DNA of 64,000 nucleotides from Chiloscyllium plagiosum (taxonomy: Eukaryota): the NCBI RefSeq assembly GCF_004010195.1, contig NC_057718.1, positions 87,106,139-87,170,138 of the forward strand. The letters run 5' to 3'. Positions 1-12,893 of the stretch are shown in pieces. Within the stretch, counting starts at the first letter, position 1. The number at the start of each line of letters is the position of its first letter. The position numbers and the translations under genes were made by a program. A model generated the notes under the pieces. That model was given only the letters and a program-made list of their open reading frames with translations, was not told the origin of the DNA and ran no database searches.

Positions 1-82
1 CTACTGGACACCTTCAGCTTGGACCCTGCTGGCGTTCCTGTCGTCAATGGAAGGGCAGGCCCTTTTGCATGGGGCCGATAAT

Positions 83-377
83 GATTAGATTAGATTAGAT
101 TCCCTACAGTGTGGAAACAGGCCCTTCGGCCCAACAAGTCCACATCGACCCTCTGAAGAGCAACCCACCCAGACCCATTCCCCTACATTCACCCCTGACT
201 AATGCACCTAACACTACGGGCAATTTAACATGGCCAGTTCACTTGACCTGCACATCTTTGTACTGTGGGAGGAAACCGGAGCACTCGGAGGAAACCCACA
301 CAGACACAGGGAGAATGTGCAAACTCCACACAGGCAGTTGCCCAAGGCGGGAATTGAACCCGGGTCCCTGGCGCTGT
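83..377 (-). mobile_element. HE1-like tRNA-derived SINE, 5' end clipped
   Basis: Reverse complement of the copies at 4859, 27542 and 54021. B-box (GGGTTCAATTCC) at ~350-362, CR1-like tail and (ATTAG)n end. Confidence 0.85.
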
Positions 378-1419
378 AATGTTTTAGTATGGAATAACAG
401 CCTGTCGTCAAACAACACATGGAGTGCATCAACAGGAAGGAGACTAGAATGGAGATATAATTTTCATTACCTGAGTTTTTTGAACAAGTTGCAGACTCAC
501 ATCAGGCTGAACTAGCAATGCAGATTTACAAGATATCACACCACATTGGAGCTAACTACAACGCCCAGAAAGAAGCAGGTCATAACTTTGTTGCACACAA
601 TTAGAGGTTTTACACATCATATCCTGCTCAGACAAGTGATTTATGAGGAAATTGCACATGAGCAAGTAATTAACATATTTAATGTCTCCTTCAATCAACA
701 CTACTATTGAGTAGGCAAAATTAAATAAGCTCACCCAGTGTTTTGGAGAAAGTGGTGATTAATTGATTAATGATTTATATCAGCTGATAGGAAATTGTGA
801 ACGTATTAATTTAAAGGAAGAATTCAGCTGGGACCAAATCATTGTATGGGCTTAGAAGAAATGTTATTAGATTTTTTTTGCATTAAAGAAGTGTTGTTAA
901 AGGCATTTCATTTGACCAGACAAGCAGAAGTTAGAAAATAGAATTATACAGAAATTCAAGGTGACATGGAGACATATTGCTAATTGTTAAGTTCTGGAGT
1001 GAAAATGTGGTTACAGTGGTCGTACAAACTGGTAGCACAGTAGCCACCAGTGTATCAATGTTATAACTACAGTGTTACCCAGAGTTAATAGTGAGACAGA
1101 CAAAGGCAGCATTGGGATAAATACTGTCCCACTAATACCACAGACTTTTTTTTAAAAGACGTATCATTTTAAAGTAATATGTTGCAGCAAGAAGCTTACA
1201 TTTCAGAAGCAAACAGAAATGCACAATGATTAACAAAATTCAATGAACTGAACTTGTTAAAGAGTTAAAGATGATCTACCTGGGTGAGTTTAATGGCTGA
1301 ACTCTAAGTTGCTAGAGTGCATAAATTTTGGCAACAGACTTAGATTGTGTTCTGGAAGCTGGATTCAACCAAACATTCAACCAACATGTGTAAAATTCAT
1401 TGGATAAGGAATTTTAAAT

Positions 1420-1745
1420 CATGGAACAAGTGACTGCTACACTTCAATATAAAAAGAGAAAAATCAGAAAAACCATACGTGTAACCCAGAATCAGGATTG
1501 TCCATTTTTAAACAGAACAACATGGACAGATTTACTGCTAATTTACAAGGTTTGGCACCTTGTAAATTTTAGAGCTGAACTTCCTCAATTATTCAATGTG
1601 CTTGGAAAGCCAAAAACAACTTATCGCATCACCTTACATCCTGAATAAAAGCTTGTGTGTTTGTTTGCACTGGAGAGGTTCCTCACCCACTTTTGCAAAA
1701 GGTAAAGCAAGAAGTTGACTCAATGGATGAAATCTTCCCAATCTC
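1420..1745 (+). mobile_element. Degenerate Gypsy-type pol fragment (protease-RT linker)
   Basis: Translates as FRAELPQLFNVLGKPKTTYRITLHPE*...(frameshift)VPHPLLQKVKQEVDSM, typical of the segment preceding Gypsy RT. Contains a stop and a frameshift. Confidence 0.55.
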
Positions 1746-2479
1746 TGAATAACATGAACAATGGTGAGTCAGTTGGAACGTATAGCGAGATAAGGAGAAA
1801 TTAAATCTTCTACTGTAGGCTTGAGCAACAGATGTGTGAATGAGGGTAACAATGTGCAACCAACATGTAAAAGCATTCTACTAACTATGTCATTGCTTGT
1901 CCCAACATTTGAATTTTATCTATGTGCCACACTGCTGAATGATCACATTACTGAGGAACTGTTTTGTTTCTAATATTGCATGTAAAACTTCATTAAACCT
2001 GTCCCTAGTGGTGTCAGGCATAGAAGCTGTGATCATCCCAGTGGACTGCGTATGCTGTACTGTGTCTGCAAGCCCAGAACTAGTACTAACCTCCAACTGA
2101 CATGGAACCTACCCCTACTATAGAGCTGGCAGCCATAGGCACCCTTATGATGTGGCAAAGATGTAGAGAACCACAATCAATTATCTTCCATGGAATACTG
2201 TGCAGATAGGGGTAGTGGCACTATATTCTGCCCAGATGTGGAGGTTAGAATGCCCTTCAGTACTATACAGTATATCTGCAATGTTAAACTTCTTCACACT
2301 GGAACCAACAGGGACTTAGCACGCCCCTTCAACATCAGATTTTCATGCAAGTCGTGTCTGGACTTCATAATGGTACTGTCCAGACAAATCCTCAGAATCT
2401 CTTTTTCAAATAACTGGAGGATACATTGACACATTGCAATGGATGATGGAATTTTATGAGATCTGCAGCATTGCAAAGA

Positions 2480-3992
2480 CGGGACCTATGTTGTGGAAAG
2501 TAAGGGAGGAAATTGCAAGATTCTGTGCAGAAATATTTGCATCAACTATAACCACAGGTGAGGTGCCTGATGACTGGAAGGTGGCTAATGTTGTACCTTT
2601 GTTTAAGAAAGGCTGTGAGGAGAAACCAGAGACTTACAGACCTGTGAGTCTTACATCGGTTGTGAGTAAATTATTGGAGGTGATTATATAAGGTACGACT
2701 TATGGATATTTGGAGAGGCAAACACTGATTAGGGATAGTCAACATGGTTTTGTGTGAGGAAAATCATATCTCACAATCTTAATTGAGTTTTTTGATGAAG
2801 TTACTGAAAAGATTGATGAGGACAGAGCAGTAGACGTCGTTTACTAGGACTTTAATAAAGCCTTCGACAAGGTTCCTCATGGTAGACTAATTAGTAAAGT
2901 TAGGTCACATGGGATTCAGGATGAGCTTGCCAATTGGATACGTAATTGGCTTAATGGCAGGAGGCAGAGATTGGTGGTGGAGGGTTGTTTTTCGGACTGG
3001 AAGCCTGTCACCAACAGTGTTCTCCAGGGATCGGTTCTGGGACCTCTTTTGTTTGTCATTGATATAATTGGTTTGGATGAGAATATAGCAGGCTTGGTTA
3101 GTAAATTTGCAGACAACACCAAATTTGGTGGCATAGTAGGCAGTGAAGAAGGTTTTCTAAGGGATTTTGATCAAATGGATAAATGGGCTAAAAGATGGCA
3201 GATAGAGTTCAGTCTGGATAAATGCATTTTGGTACAACAAACTAGGGTAGGGCTTATTCAGTTAATGATGGGGCCTTGCGTAGTGTTGTAGAACAGAGGC
3301 ACCTCGGGATGCAGGTACATAATTCTTGCATCACAAAGAGACAGGGTGTTTAAAAAGGCATTCAGCACGCTTGTCTTGATTTTTTAGTCCTTTGAGTACA
3401 GGAGTTAGGAAGTCATGTTAAGGTTGTAAAGGACATTGGTGAGGCCTCTGCTGGAATACAGTGGCCAGTTCTGATCACAGTTATAGGAAGGATATTATTA
3501 AGCCAAAGACGTTCAGAAGAGATTTACCAGGATGCTGCCGGGTTTGGAACGTTTGGGTTATAAAGAAAGGCTGGATAGGCTAGGACTTTATCACTGGAGT
3601 GTAGAAGGTTGAGAAGTGACCTTATAGAAGTTTATAAAATAATGAGGGATATAGATAGAGTTAGTAGTAGTTGTCTTTTCCATAGAACGGGGATTTCGAG
3701 ACGAAGGGGAATATTTTTAAGGTGAGAGGAGAAAGATTTTAAAAAGACATGAGGGGCAAGTTATTTACACAGAGAGTGGTTTGTGTGTGGAATGACCTTC
3801 CTGAAGAATTGGTGGATGTGGGTACAATTACAACATTTAAAATACATTTGGATAGATACATGAATAGGAAAGGTTTGGAGGCTATGATCCAGGAGCCAGC
3901 AGGTGGAACTAGTTTAGTTTGGGATTATGTTCGGCATCGACTGGTTGGACTGAAAGATCTGTTTCCATGCAGTATGACTGTATGACTCTATG
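2480..3992 (+). mobile_element. CR1/HER1-type LINE, 5'-truncated, RT disrupted
   Basis: VPDDWKVANVVPLFKKG..YRPVSLTSVV, QGSVLGPLLF, KFADNTK, FTQRVVCVWNDLP. Ends in TATGACT repeats. Confidence 0.92.
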
Positions 3993-4858
3993 CGGATGTT
4001 CTTTGGACACAGCAGTAAATTCAGCATCTGACAGCTAAGCAGCATCAGTCAGAGCAGCGCAGGAAATGCTTTCATGTGAACATTGTTTAATAGAACTGAG
4101 TTATGTCAAGTCATCTTTCACTGAATGTACATCTTCAAACTGCTGAGTCCAGCATCAACTATATAATCCCAACTGCAAGTGTACCTTAAGAATTTTATAC
4201 GTGGTTCACAATGTTTCATAAAGGTTCAGATTACTAATGGTTGACAGCCTTCACAACATCTGATGTTCCCCCATGCAATACTGATAGGCTTTCATGCTAG
4301 CTTGGAAGCTATGGAAAGGAAAGCAATCTTTTAGACAGGATTAAAGTGTTGTGTAATGATTGGGATCATTAACTTCAATACCTTCATTCTTGTAGTTGTG
4401 GCTCAAATGACATTTGAGCATGCAGCTGATGATGAAAAGTGCACATTTATTGACAAATATAATGATGTATTTCCAATAATGTGTTAGCTGTGCCGCATAT
4501 GTGCCCTCAGAAGGTTGTTTTCTTCTTTCTCTTCCTCGATATCTGGGTGCAATCCCAGGGTGCATAGGTGGGATGGTGAGAGTTTGTTGGTTTTAGAGTT
4601 TTGGGCATATGTCCCTGAGTCATTGGTGCTGAGAGGGCCTAGGCATTGAGTGTGTCCTGCCTAGATGCAGTTTCACCTCATTGGGTTGAAATCACAAGGT
4701 TGAGGGTAGCAGAAAGGAATAAATGAAAGGCCTAACCACCTCTGGATTGTCCTGAGAGGAAACATCTGGAGCCTCTATATGGTTCCTACTCTAGCTGAGT
4801 GCCTCCTGGCACCACCCTATCTTCTTTTGAGCACCATTAGCTAGATGATAGAGTGTAG

Positions 4859-5208
4859 GTGGGGCAGCACGGTGGTGCAGTGATGAACACTGCTGCCTCA
4901 CAGCGCCAAGGAACCAGGTTCAATTTCAGCCTCAGGCAACTCTCTGTGTGGAGTTTGCACATTCTCCCTGTGTCTGCATGGGTTTCCTCTGGGTGCTCCG
5001 GTTTCCTCCCATAAGCCAAAGATGTGCAGGTTAGGCGAATTGGCCATGCTAAATTCCCCATAGTGTTCAGGGTTGTGCAGGTTGGGCGCATTAGTCAGAG
5101 ATAAATATAGAGTAATGGGTTCTGGGTGGGAGATTCTTTGGAGGGTTGGTGTGGATTTGTTGGGCCGAAGGACCTGTTTCCACACTATAGGGAATCTAAG
5201 ATTCTAAG
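4859..5208 (+). mobile_element. HE1-like SINE, full length
   Basis: tRNA-like head (GGTGGTGCAGTG..GGTTCAATT), central GTGGAGTTTGCACATTCTCCC block, CR1-like tail. Confidence 0.88.
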
Positions 5209-6939
5209 GTGTGTGACCTTATTCAGCAGACATTGAGTGTGCTTGGACCTGGGTCCAAAGCAGCTGCCAACATGTCCATTCAAGCAGCCAGACTATTATA
5301 TGCCCAAGCAGTAGAAACAGCCTGAGTCCAGTCCTCGTTGGGCCAGTTTATCCAACGCCTCCAACAAACCCTGCCTGCTGCTTTAGTATCTGCTTTTGCA
5401 TTTGGAAGGTGTTCTCAGTGGCTGATGGACACATACTCTCCTGCCTGTGGCTAAGAAGGTACCTTGTCCCTACCCATCTTTTGAGTGCCAATGACATGAG
5501 GCATTTTTTCCTCAACCAGCTATGGAGACATAGCAATGGGTGTGCTCACCAGTATGTTTGTTTTCGCTGATAAATCATCAACTGTACTGGGAATTCAGAG
5601 GGATGGGAGATATAGATCAGGAATCTATGCATCTCATACTTTGATTGAAATGAAACAAAGATTTACAGTTATTGAAAAAGATGCTTCAGCTGCTAACTGG
5701 GCTTGGGAAGATTTTCAGGCTATATCCTGGATGTCTAGTTCACAACTGAGACAAACCAAAAATTTTTGGTTATTTAATTGAATGATAAGAAATTAGTGTT
5801 ATGATTCCAACCAATGTTAGTACTAGACTAGTCAGATCCCAGTCTACAACTTGGCTTGATAGATCATATTTTAATGTGGTGAACTTTCATTGATGTATGA
5901 GAAGCACAAAATTCTGCAGTTTTTTTAACAATAAAACAGAAGGTTATTACATACAACAAATAAAGATAAAATAGAACAAACTAAGCTATTTGCATTTAAC
6001 ACAATTTGGAAGATTTTGAAATATAAAATCCCATATATACTTGACACCATCACTTTACAATACTGAAATAACTGAAATAAATACTGAAATGCCTATAGGT
6101 TTCACTTAACTGTTTCTTTAAATTCCCAGTCTTGACATCTTGATAGTCTTTTCCTTGATTATTCACACAACCAAAATTAAATTTTCTTGGCTTCAAATAA
6201 TTCCTTAAAGTTTCTAATCAAATAATTCAGGTCTAGAATTTTTAGACTAAAACTCTACATTGAGGTAACCTATTGCTAATCTTTATGAACTAACTCCTTT
6301 CTCTAGTAGAAACTGTTCTTACATCTGACCCCAGGCGGGTCTTCCACAAACTGCTCACAGAAACTTTCCAGTTTATGCCTTTTTCCTAAGCAATTTCTGA
6401 TTCTTCTAAACCAAGAGCAAGCTGATGTCTTTCAAGGTGTACTCTCTCCAATCTTAAAACTCTCACAGTATAAACAAGTCTTCATGATCACTCCAGAAAG
6501 ACCTCAGTCACCGGTTTTGTGAGACATACTGGTTTAAATACATGACTCCAGAAAGATTGACAAATTAATTAATACATCCCTTCATATACATCGATCAGGA
6601 TCCACATGCCACTATTAACTGGAAAAAGTATTTTTTTAATTTCACATTGTGACCCATGGAGTAAAGGAACTAGAGCAATGATGCACTCCTCCAGCCTTGA
6701 TGACAATATTAAAGTGAGAGCTCACAGCAGGATACAGAATACAGATAATTTTTTTTATTATTTACTTTTTTTCCCTAATCAACCTGTTCAGAAAGATGTT
6801 ATTATACACCTTTGGAACGGGTAAGATTTGAACCCGGGTCTCTTGGTTCAGGGATAGGGACTCCACAAGAGCCCCACAGACAGTGTTTAATTGGGAGTGG
6901 AATACTAATAATTCATTTCTTATGCATTATTATATCAAA

Positions 6940-7240
6940 AAAGGCTTTGGCAGATGCTAAGCTATATCTGGTGAAAAAAAAATGTATCCTGGATGATTTC
7001 CGAAGAATAACCAGGGTTAAGCTAATGAATTGGTTGATAAGGTTTAGAAAAAAGCATCTATGAAAGCAGTCATAATTGGGCTGATAGCACACTTTGAAGT
7101 TAAAAGAAACACAATTCAAATCCTGTGTTGAGCCAAATGAGTTAATAAAAATGCAATTGCAGATGAAGCAGCTTGAACAGGAAAGTGAAATGGAAGTTTA
7201 ACAGTGTGAACTTGAAAGAGGAGGAGAAGGGGAAAGGGAG
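6940..7240 (+). mobile_element. Degenerate LTR-retrotransposon gag N-terminus
   Basis: ALADAKLYL..RVKLMN..LIKMQLQMKQLEQE resembles the gag start at 29969 (..KHQLQMKKLRLE). Confidence 0.45.
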
Positions 7241-8269
7241 AATATTTAAGATGTTAGGGATATAGTGCACTCCTTTAACCTCGCTCCTAATACCTACAAA
7301 TTAGGTCATTCACCTAACATGGTAAACGTGGCCTCAGCTTAACATCTCACCTGAAATACGGCATCTCTTCAGAACTATACTGGAAATATCAGCCTATGTT
7401 TTGTGTTCAGGTCTCTGCAGTAAAGCTTGAACACTCAATCTTCTGATGAGATACTACCAGCTGAGCCAAGGAGGACAAATATGTCCTTCGTTTTCCGTCA
7501 TTTTGTAAAGTATTATATGCACCTACAAATGGACTGGCATAAATGCCTCTAGCTTAAGCAGAAATTTCTCTTTTTTTTCCAGTCACCAGGGAGAGGAAGG
7601 AACAGGGAACCTGTAGCAGTTTTGTTTTGTTTCCTGATAAATGTTCTCCTTCCCCCTTCTCATGCTATGAAGGAGGGGGAAATTGAGAAACTGATCTTGA
7701 ATGAAAATTTCATGGACAGAGTTTAAAAAATAATTACAGTAAAATGTTGTGTTCCTGGCTAGACCTATACGGGGTGTTGCATGAATAGATCATACTGCTA
7801 GCTTACAGGAAAGAGCCAAGGGAATGTTTGTAAACATTTATGTCTTCAGTTGCTTTCAATCGAGTTGAGTTGAGAGAATCTGCTTGGAACTTTTAACAGT
7901 TATAGTTTTCACTCTGTCTAAGAAGTAAAGAATCAGATGTTGATTCAGCAGAATAGTAATTTGGTATAAGAAGTTCATCCTTTTTTGGGAAAGCAACATC
8001 ATATAATTTGGACTTAAATATATGTGTTACACTGCTGTTAGTATTTATAGCCCTGTCCTTATTAATGTGCTTAATAATTGAAACCTAATAGGTCTGTTGT
8101 GACATACCACCACTTAGTGAAGATGAGAGAAGAATCTGATGAAGGGAGTACTTAAAATAATTAGCTGCAAGAGTTTGCTGTTCATTCTTTAAAATATTAC
8201 CAAAAGTCTGCATACATATTGATCATAGAGAGTCCTAGAAAGTTGGGATTCATGTAAAAAGATATGGTC

Positions 8270-8852
8270 TTTAAAATGTCACAAACAGGTGCAGAAAGTA
8301 ATCAGAAACAATAATGGAATGCTGGCATTTATATCTAAATGACTGGAGTGCAAGGATACAGAAGGTATGCTGTAGTTATACAATCCTGCTTAGACCCTGT
8401 TGTGAGAAGACCTGAGCACACACTTTCGGAAGGCTGTATTGACAAAAAAGAAGAATGATACATGTACTTCAGGGGTTAAGTTATGAGGAGAGGTTATGCA
8501 AATGATACCTGCTTTCCTTAGAATTTAGAAGGTCAAGGGGTGACCTGGTTAAAATCTTCAAGATATTAGCAGAAAAAGATAATGAGAATTCTAGAATTAG
8601 AGGACATAGTCTGAGAATTAGCACCAGACCATTCAAGAGATAGATTAAGAAACATTTATACACACGAAAGGATGGTAGATGTTTGGAATGCTCTTCAGCA
8701 AACAGCAGTGGTTGCTAGACGAATTGTTAATTTTAAATCCAAGATAGATAGATTTTTGTTAAGCAAAGGTATGAAAGGACATGGGACAAAGGCAAGTCAG
8801 TGAATGGTGGAACAGGATCAAGGGGCTGAATGGTCTTTTCCTGTTCCTATGA
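8270..8852 (+). mobile_element. Old CR1 LINE 3' part
   Basis: Decayed RT C-terminus (YEERL..LEFRRSRGDL) and 3' tail GGGGCTGAATGGTCTTTTCCTGTTCCTATG. Confidence 0.75.
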
Positions 8853-9797
8853 TATGAATCTAAAGAATGATTTAACAAAAATATAGAAGAAACTTTTTTA
8901 AACAACATAGTGATGATGCCTTTCACTGACAGTGAAATGTTAATCTTCCAAATGGTGATATCATGAACTTGGATTTTTAAGCTAGCAAGTACAAACTATC
9001 AAAGGTATTGGAAATCTGAAATAAAACGGAGGAAGTTGGAAGTGACCAGCAGTTCTGACAGCATCTGTGAAGAGAGAAGAAGAGTTCATGTTTCATACTA
9101 ATCACCTTGTGATGAGCCATACACATGTTTGCCTTTCAGTTTTGTGTGTACCTTTGTTAAAAATATTTAAAGAAGCCATATAGTTAAACAAATCGCCTAT
9201 GTTTGAAAAAGGAAGTGGCCAAAACATATCCCCAGCATTGTATTTTTCATATATTGTAAATAAGAAGTAGGATGTGTTGTGGTGACATCTGAACTCCTGA
9301 CTAGAAACTCTGAGTTCAAGTCCAACTTTCAGACTGATGGCGATGGCAGGTGCATTAATAGTGTGTGAAAACAGGCTAAAGATCAATTTGAAATCCATAA
9401 AGCAAGTACCACCAGCACACACTAAGAGTGGGAGAGGTTCCTGGCCAGAAATTGGTGATAGTCAGAAATTGGCACCTCCACCATCTCTATGCATAGTTAC
9501 AGGTTACAGCATGCATCTAAACTATGTTGCCACAGCAAATCAGACTCCTTAAGGGGCTATTTGGCTCAATGGCTGGGGTGGACCAAATTGATGCCAACAG
9601 GACATCATTATGGCTGGGATAGTTTCAGGGCCTGCCTCCTTGCCCTATTCATTGATGGAGGTTCTAACACTTTCGGTTGAAGGTGCTTTCAGGCACAATG
9701 CTCAAGCAGAACAAAATATGAGAAGTATGGCCCAATCCATTGGGCCTTTTGAGCTCATCTTCAACATTGATCTTATTAAATTTTCATTTGCTTCCAG

Positions 9798-9861
9798 GAA
9801 ATTGATCATTTTCCATAACCCAAGTAAATACACATATTCGTTGCAAAAATCATGCTTAAAG
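9798..9861 (+). CDS. ADGB: Androglobin internal exon (64 nt, phase 2-0): KLIIFHNPSKYTYSLQKSCLK
   Basis: ttttcatttgcttccag acceptor, AAG|gtaatc donor. Resembles recalled human NIYIFHKPSSYCLNFQKSEFK. Confidence 0.88.
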
Positions 9862-12732
9862 GTAATCTTCTTGTATTTGATATCTTTTATATATTTTAGT
9901 TGCATTCCAAATTTTATTTTACATGTTTTGCAGTAAATACTTTTCAATCTTTTATTAACTTCTATTTATTATGTTTTCCATTGGATTTCAAATAAACAGA
10001 AATCTGTAATGTGTAATAAGATGCAATAGCATTTATATTCAACATTAAACTTGTACCAAGATGAAATTGTACTATTATGAAAAGGCTCACATATGTGTCA
10101 TCTCTTCCATTTGATTACATAGCTTGAGGTACCAGGTGAATTAATTGACTACTGCAATGTACTATTTGTCCTGTTCACATTTCAGACTTGTAACAATATA
10201 AAATATAAATGCTACTGTATCTTATTAGACAGTAAAAACTGCTTTCTATAAGTCAATGTTGTCAGTATCATAACCCAAGCCAGTGAATAATCAGGAGAAG
10301 AGCACTTGGCATGATTCCTGCTACCTAGATGCAGGAATCTAGGTACCTAGAGCACTTCCTGCAACCTAGATGCCATTAGGATCTATGTTTGAAATTAGTA
10401 CAGGTTAATTGGATAATGTGATATTTCCCCAGATGACCTTGGTACCTTATGGTATATCCTATGAGTATGTAGTAGAGAAAGTCTCTGGTTGGAAATGGGT
10501 TCCATTCTGGAGTCTGTTCACAAGTCAATTTATATACACATCAGAACACAATGCAGAACAATTTAAAGCAGCCACTCGTATGTTCAGGAAATGGTTATAC
10601 ATCGTAACTTAAAATTGATACCCCCGATATGAGATCACATTTGTAAGTAAAAGCATTTATAAGTCAGACATTTGTAAATTGGGGATTGCGATAGTTCCCA
10701 TCTTTGCTTTGTTTTGGGCTATCTAGTGATTAGTAGTCAAGGATAAACCATTGTAGAGTATCTTTGTAAGAGGCACGGTTCTGAGAAATCAAAAAGTTTT
10801 AATTGAAACACAGGAGGTTAGCACCTAGTCAAAAAGCTCACCAGTCCGGTGCAGTCACAATAGGTCAAATGTCCTCATTCTGCACCGTAACAACACTGAT
10901 TATTGCATGATAGTTATAAATGCAGCTACATTTGGCCAACTATAATTACTAGGACCTCAGGAAACTGGTACAGGTACATCTCCAGTCTTCAAGAGCAAGA
11001 GTAAAATCCTTGTCTCCGCTCACTGTGTGTGACCTCAGTAGAATCAATGGAGCCAAAGTTACATGAATATTATTCTTTTCAGAACCAATACCTTATACAA
11101 AAAACAGCCCAAGTCTTTTTCACCATAATGAATCCACTAAACAGTAAAGTATATAGCTATATCAAATCTACAACTAAACCATCTCCTCCCAAGTCCCTGA
11201 CTTCACAAATGCAGGTGGTTTGGATGTTTCACACTTTTCTTAAAGTTTTGTCTTCAGACTTGACAAAATAGTAAATCTTTGTTTGAGGACTGTAAACCCT
11301 GGTTCTGATCCATGGAGTATTTCTAAGCGAGAGGACCTTTTATCTGAAGGATATTTTTCACAGAGGACACAATTCTTTGTAGACATTGGTGTTAGATCAT
11401 TACCTCACCTGAATTTCCTCTCTGAAAGACAGATGCTCTATTGAAATAAGTATTTTCATCCTTGCAGTATCCTAGATTTCTGGATAAGGCAATCACTTTC
11501 TGATTGGTAATCTCTTTCAAGTATAATGGATGTTAAAACCAGGCAATTTCTTATTTTTAACCTTGTCCTAAATTTGTGAATGCTAAACTGGCTCCCTTGG
11601 AGTCATGCAAACCTCATCTCTGATTTTTTTGATCAGGCTGGATGTCTTCAGGTCACCTTCTTTATTTGACCAATGAAGCAGATTTTCTCAGACCCTCAGT
11701 CATGTTGAAAGATTGTTGCTCACTTAATGCGATCTTTGTCATTAGCATTGACAATTCTGCTGTACTGGTTGTTCAGTAAAGTGTTCTGCTGTCTGGACAT
11801 CATTAACAATTCCTGAATGAGCTCAAGTATGTTGTACTGCTCTTTGTTGTACTCAGTATTGGCAGCTTCTTCTAAGTTCTGCTGGTGCTTGAAGCTTGTA
11901 TTCTCGTATTCACTAACACAATTATAAATGGAATGACGTAGACCTTGCTAGAATCTTTATGTTGTGGTATTTCCTTTATTTACAAATCTTTTAAACTTTG
12001 TATTTCAGAGATGTTGTGTTCATTTCTTCAATGCAGCTTAAAATAATATTACTAGCTGTTCTGGTACTAATTCACTGCTTTCAAGCTTTATAAAAACTTG
12101 CTTATTTTTATAATCAGCACTTTTGCATTGCTTATTGGGTTTTCAGGACTTTCCTGTCATTTTTAACAACCATAAATGGTGACCAACTGCTTTTTCTAGG
12201 GTTTTCCCACTTTTAACAGGCATTATGGAGTGGCCCCACTCCTTCCTGATGTAAGAGACCATATTTCTTTTTGAACCTATAGACTGAAATTTCAAAAATG
12301 AACACTTTTAAAAGGAGAGAAAATAAAAGAATTTGTTTTCAGAAAACAAGAGAAGCCAGCTAGTACATATAAAACAATGTTACTTCTGGGGACACTATGT
12401 ATGGACAAATAGGCTCCACCAAAGTGTGTTCAGGGCAATTTTACCCAGAGAGAGTCTTTTAATTGGCTTTTCTCAAAAGCTTTTCTTTACAAAATTATAA
12501 AATTACAAAATTATGAAAATATAACATTATAACAACAAAACAACAATAAACAATAAACCAACTACTATACTACTCTACAAAAAAACTCACAACTACGCTC
12601 ATTACACATCAATATATAAGTAAATAAATAACGCCGCTCAGCATAACAAGACCACACTCTCAACCTTCAAGAGTATCAATTATTAAACCACCTTTGCACG
12701 AAATTCTTCCTCTCAGGACATTAAGCTTATTA

Positions 12733-12893
12733 TGGCAAAAGTGAGGACTGCAGATGCTGGAAACCAGAGTTTAGATCAGAGTGGTGCTGGAAAAGCACAG
12801 CAGGTCTGGCAGCATCCGGGGAGCAGGAAAATTGACGTTTCGGGCAAAAGCCCTTCATCAGGAATAGAGGCAGGAAGCCTCCAGAGTGGAGAG
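12733..12893 (-). mobile_element. Short Penelope-like element terminus (family A) inside the L1 3' region
   Basis: 13-bp TSD ATTAAGCTTATTA at 12720-12732 and 12894-12906. Contains a hammerhead core. Confidence 0.7.
12834..12861 (-). ncRNA. Minimal hammerhead ribozyme core motif
   Basis: Minus strand reads CUGAUGA-A-GGGC-UUUU-GCCC-GAAA-CGUC: both core boxes, stem II and a GUC triplet. Confidence 0.65.

Noticed and set aside
111..515. Recurring CGRKPEHPEETHADTGRMCKLHT peptides (also at 4837, 27486, 46363, 53993)
   Set aside because: Antisense translation of the SINE, not a protein family.
5797..6600. Possible solo LTR starting TGTTATGA
   Set aside because: Right terminus and TSD could not be fixed.
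1..9797. Preceding ADGB exon (expected W.DF.DF..CF-like motif)
   Set aside because: No matching spliceable segment found; AWEDFQ near 5700 lacks the context. It probably lies upstream of the window.
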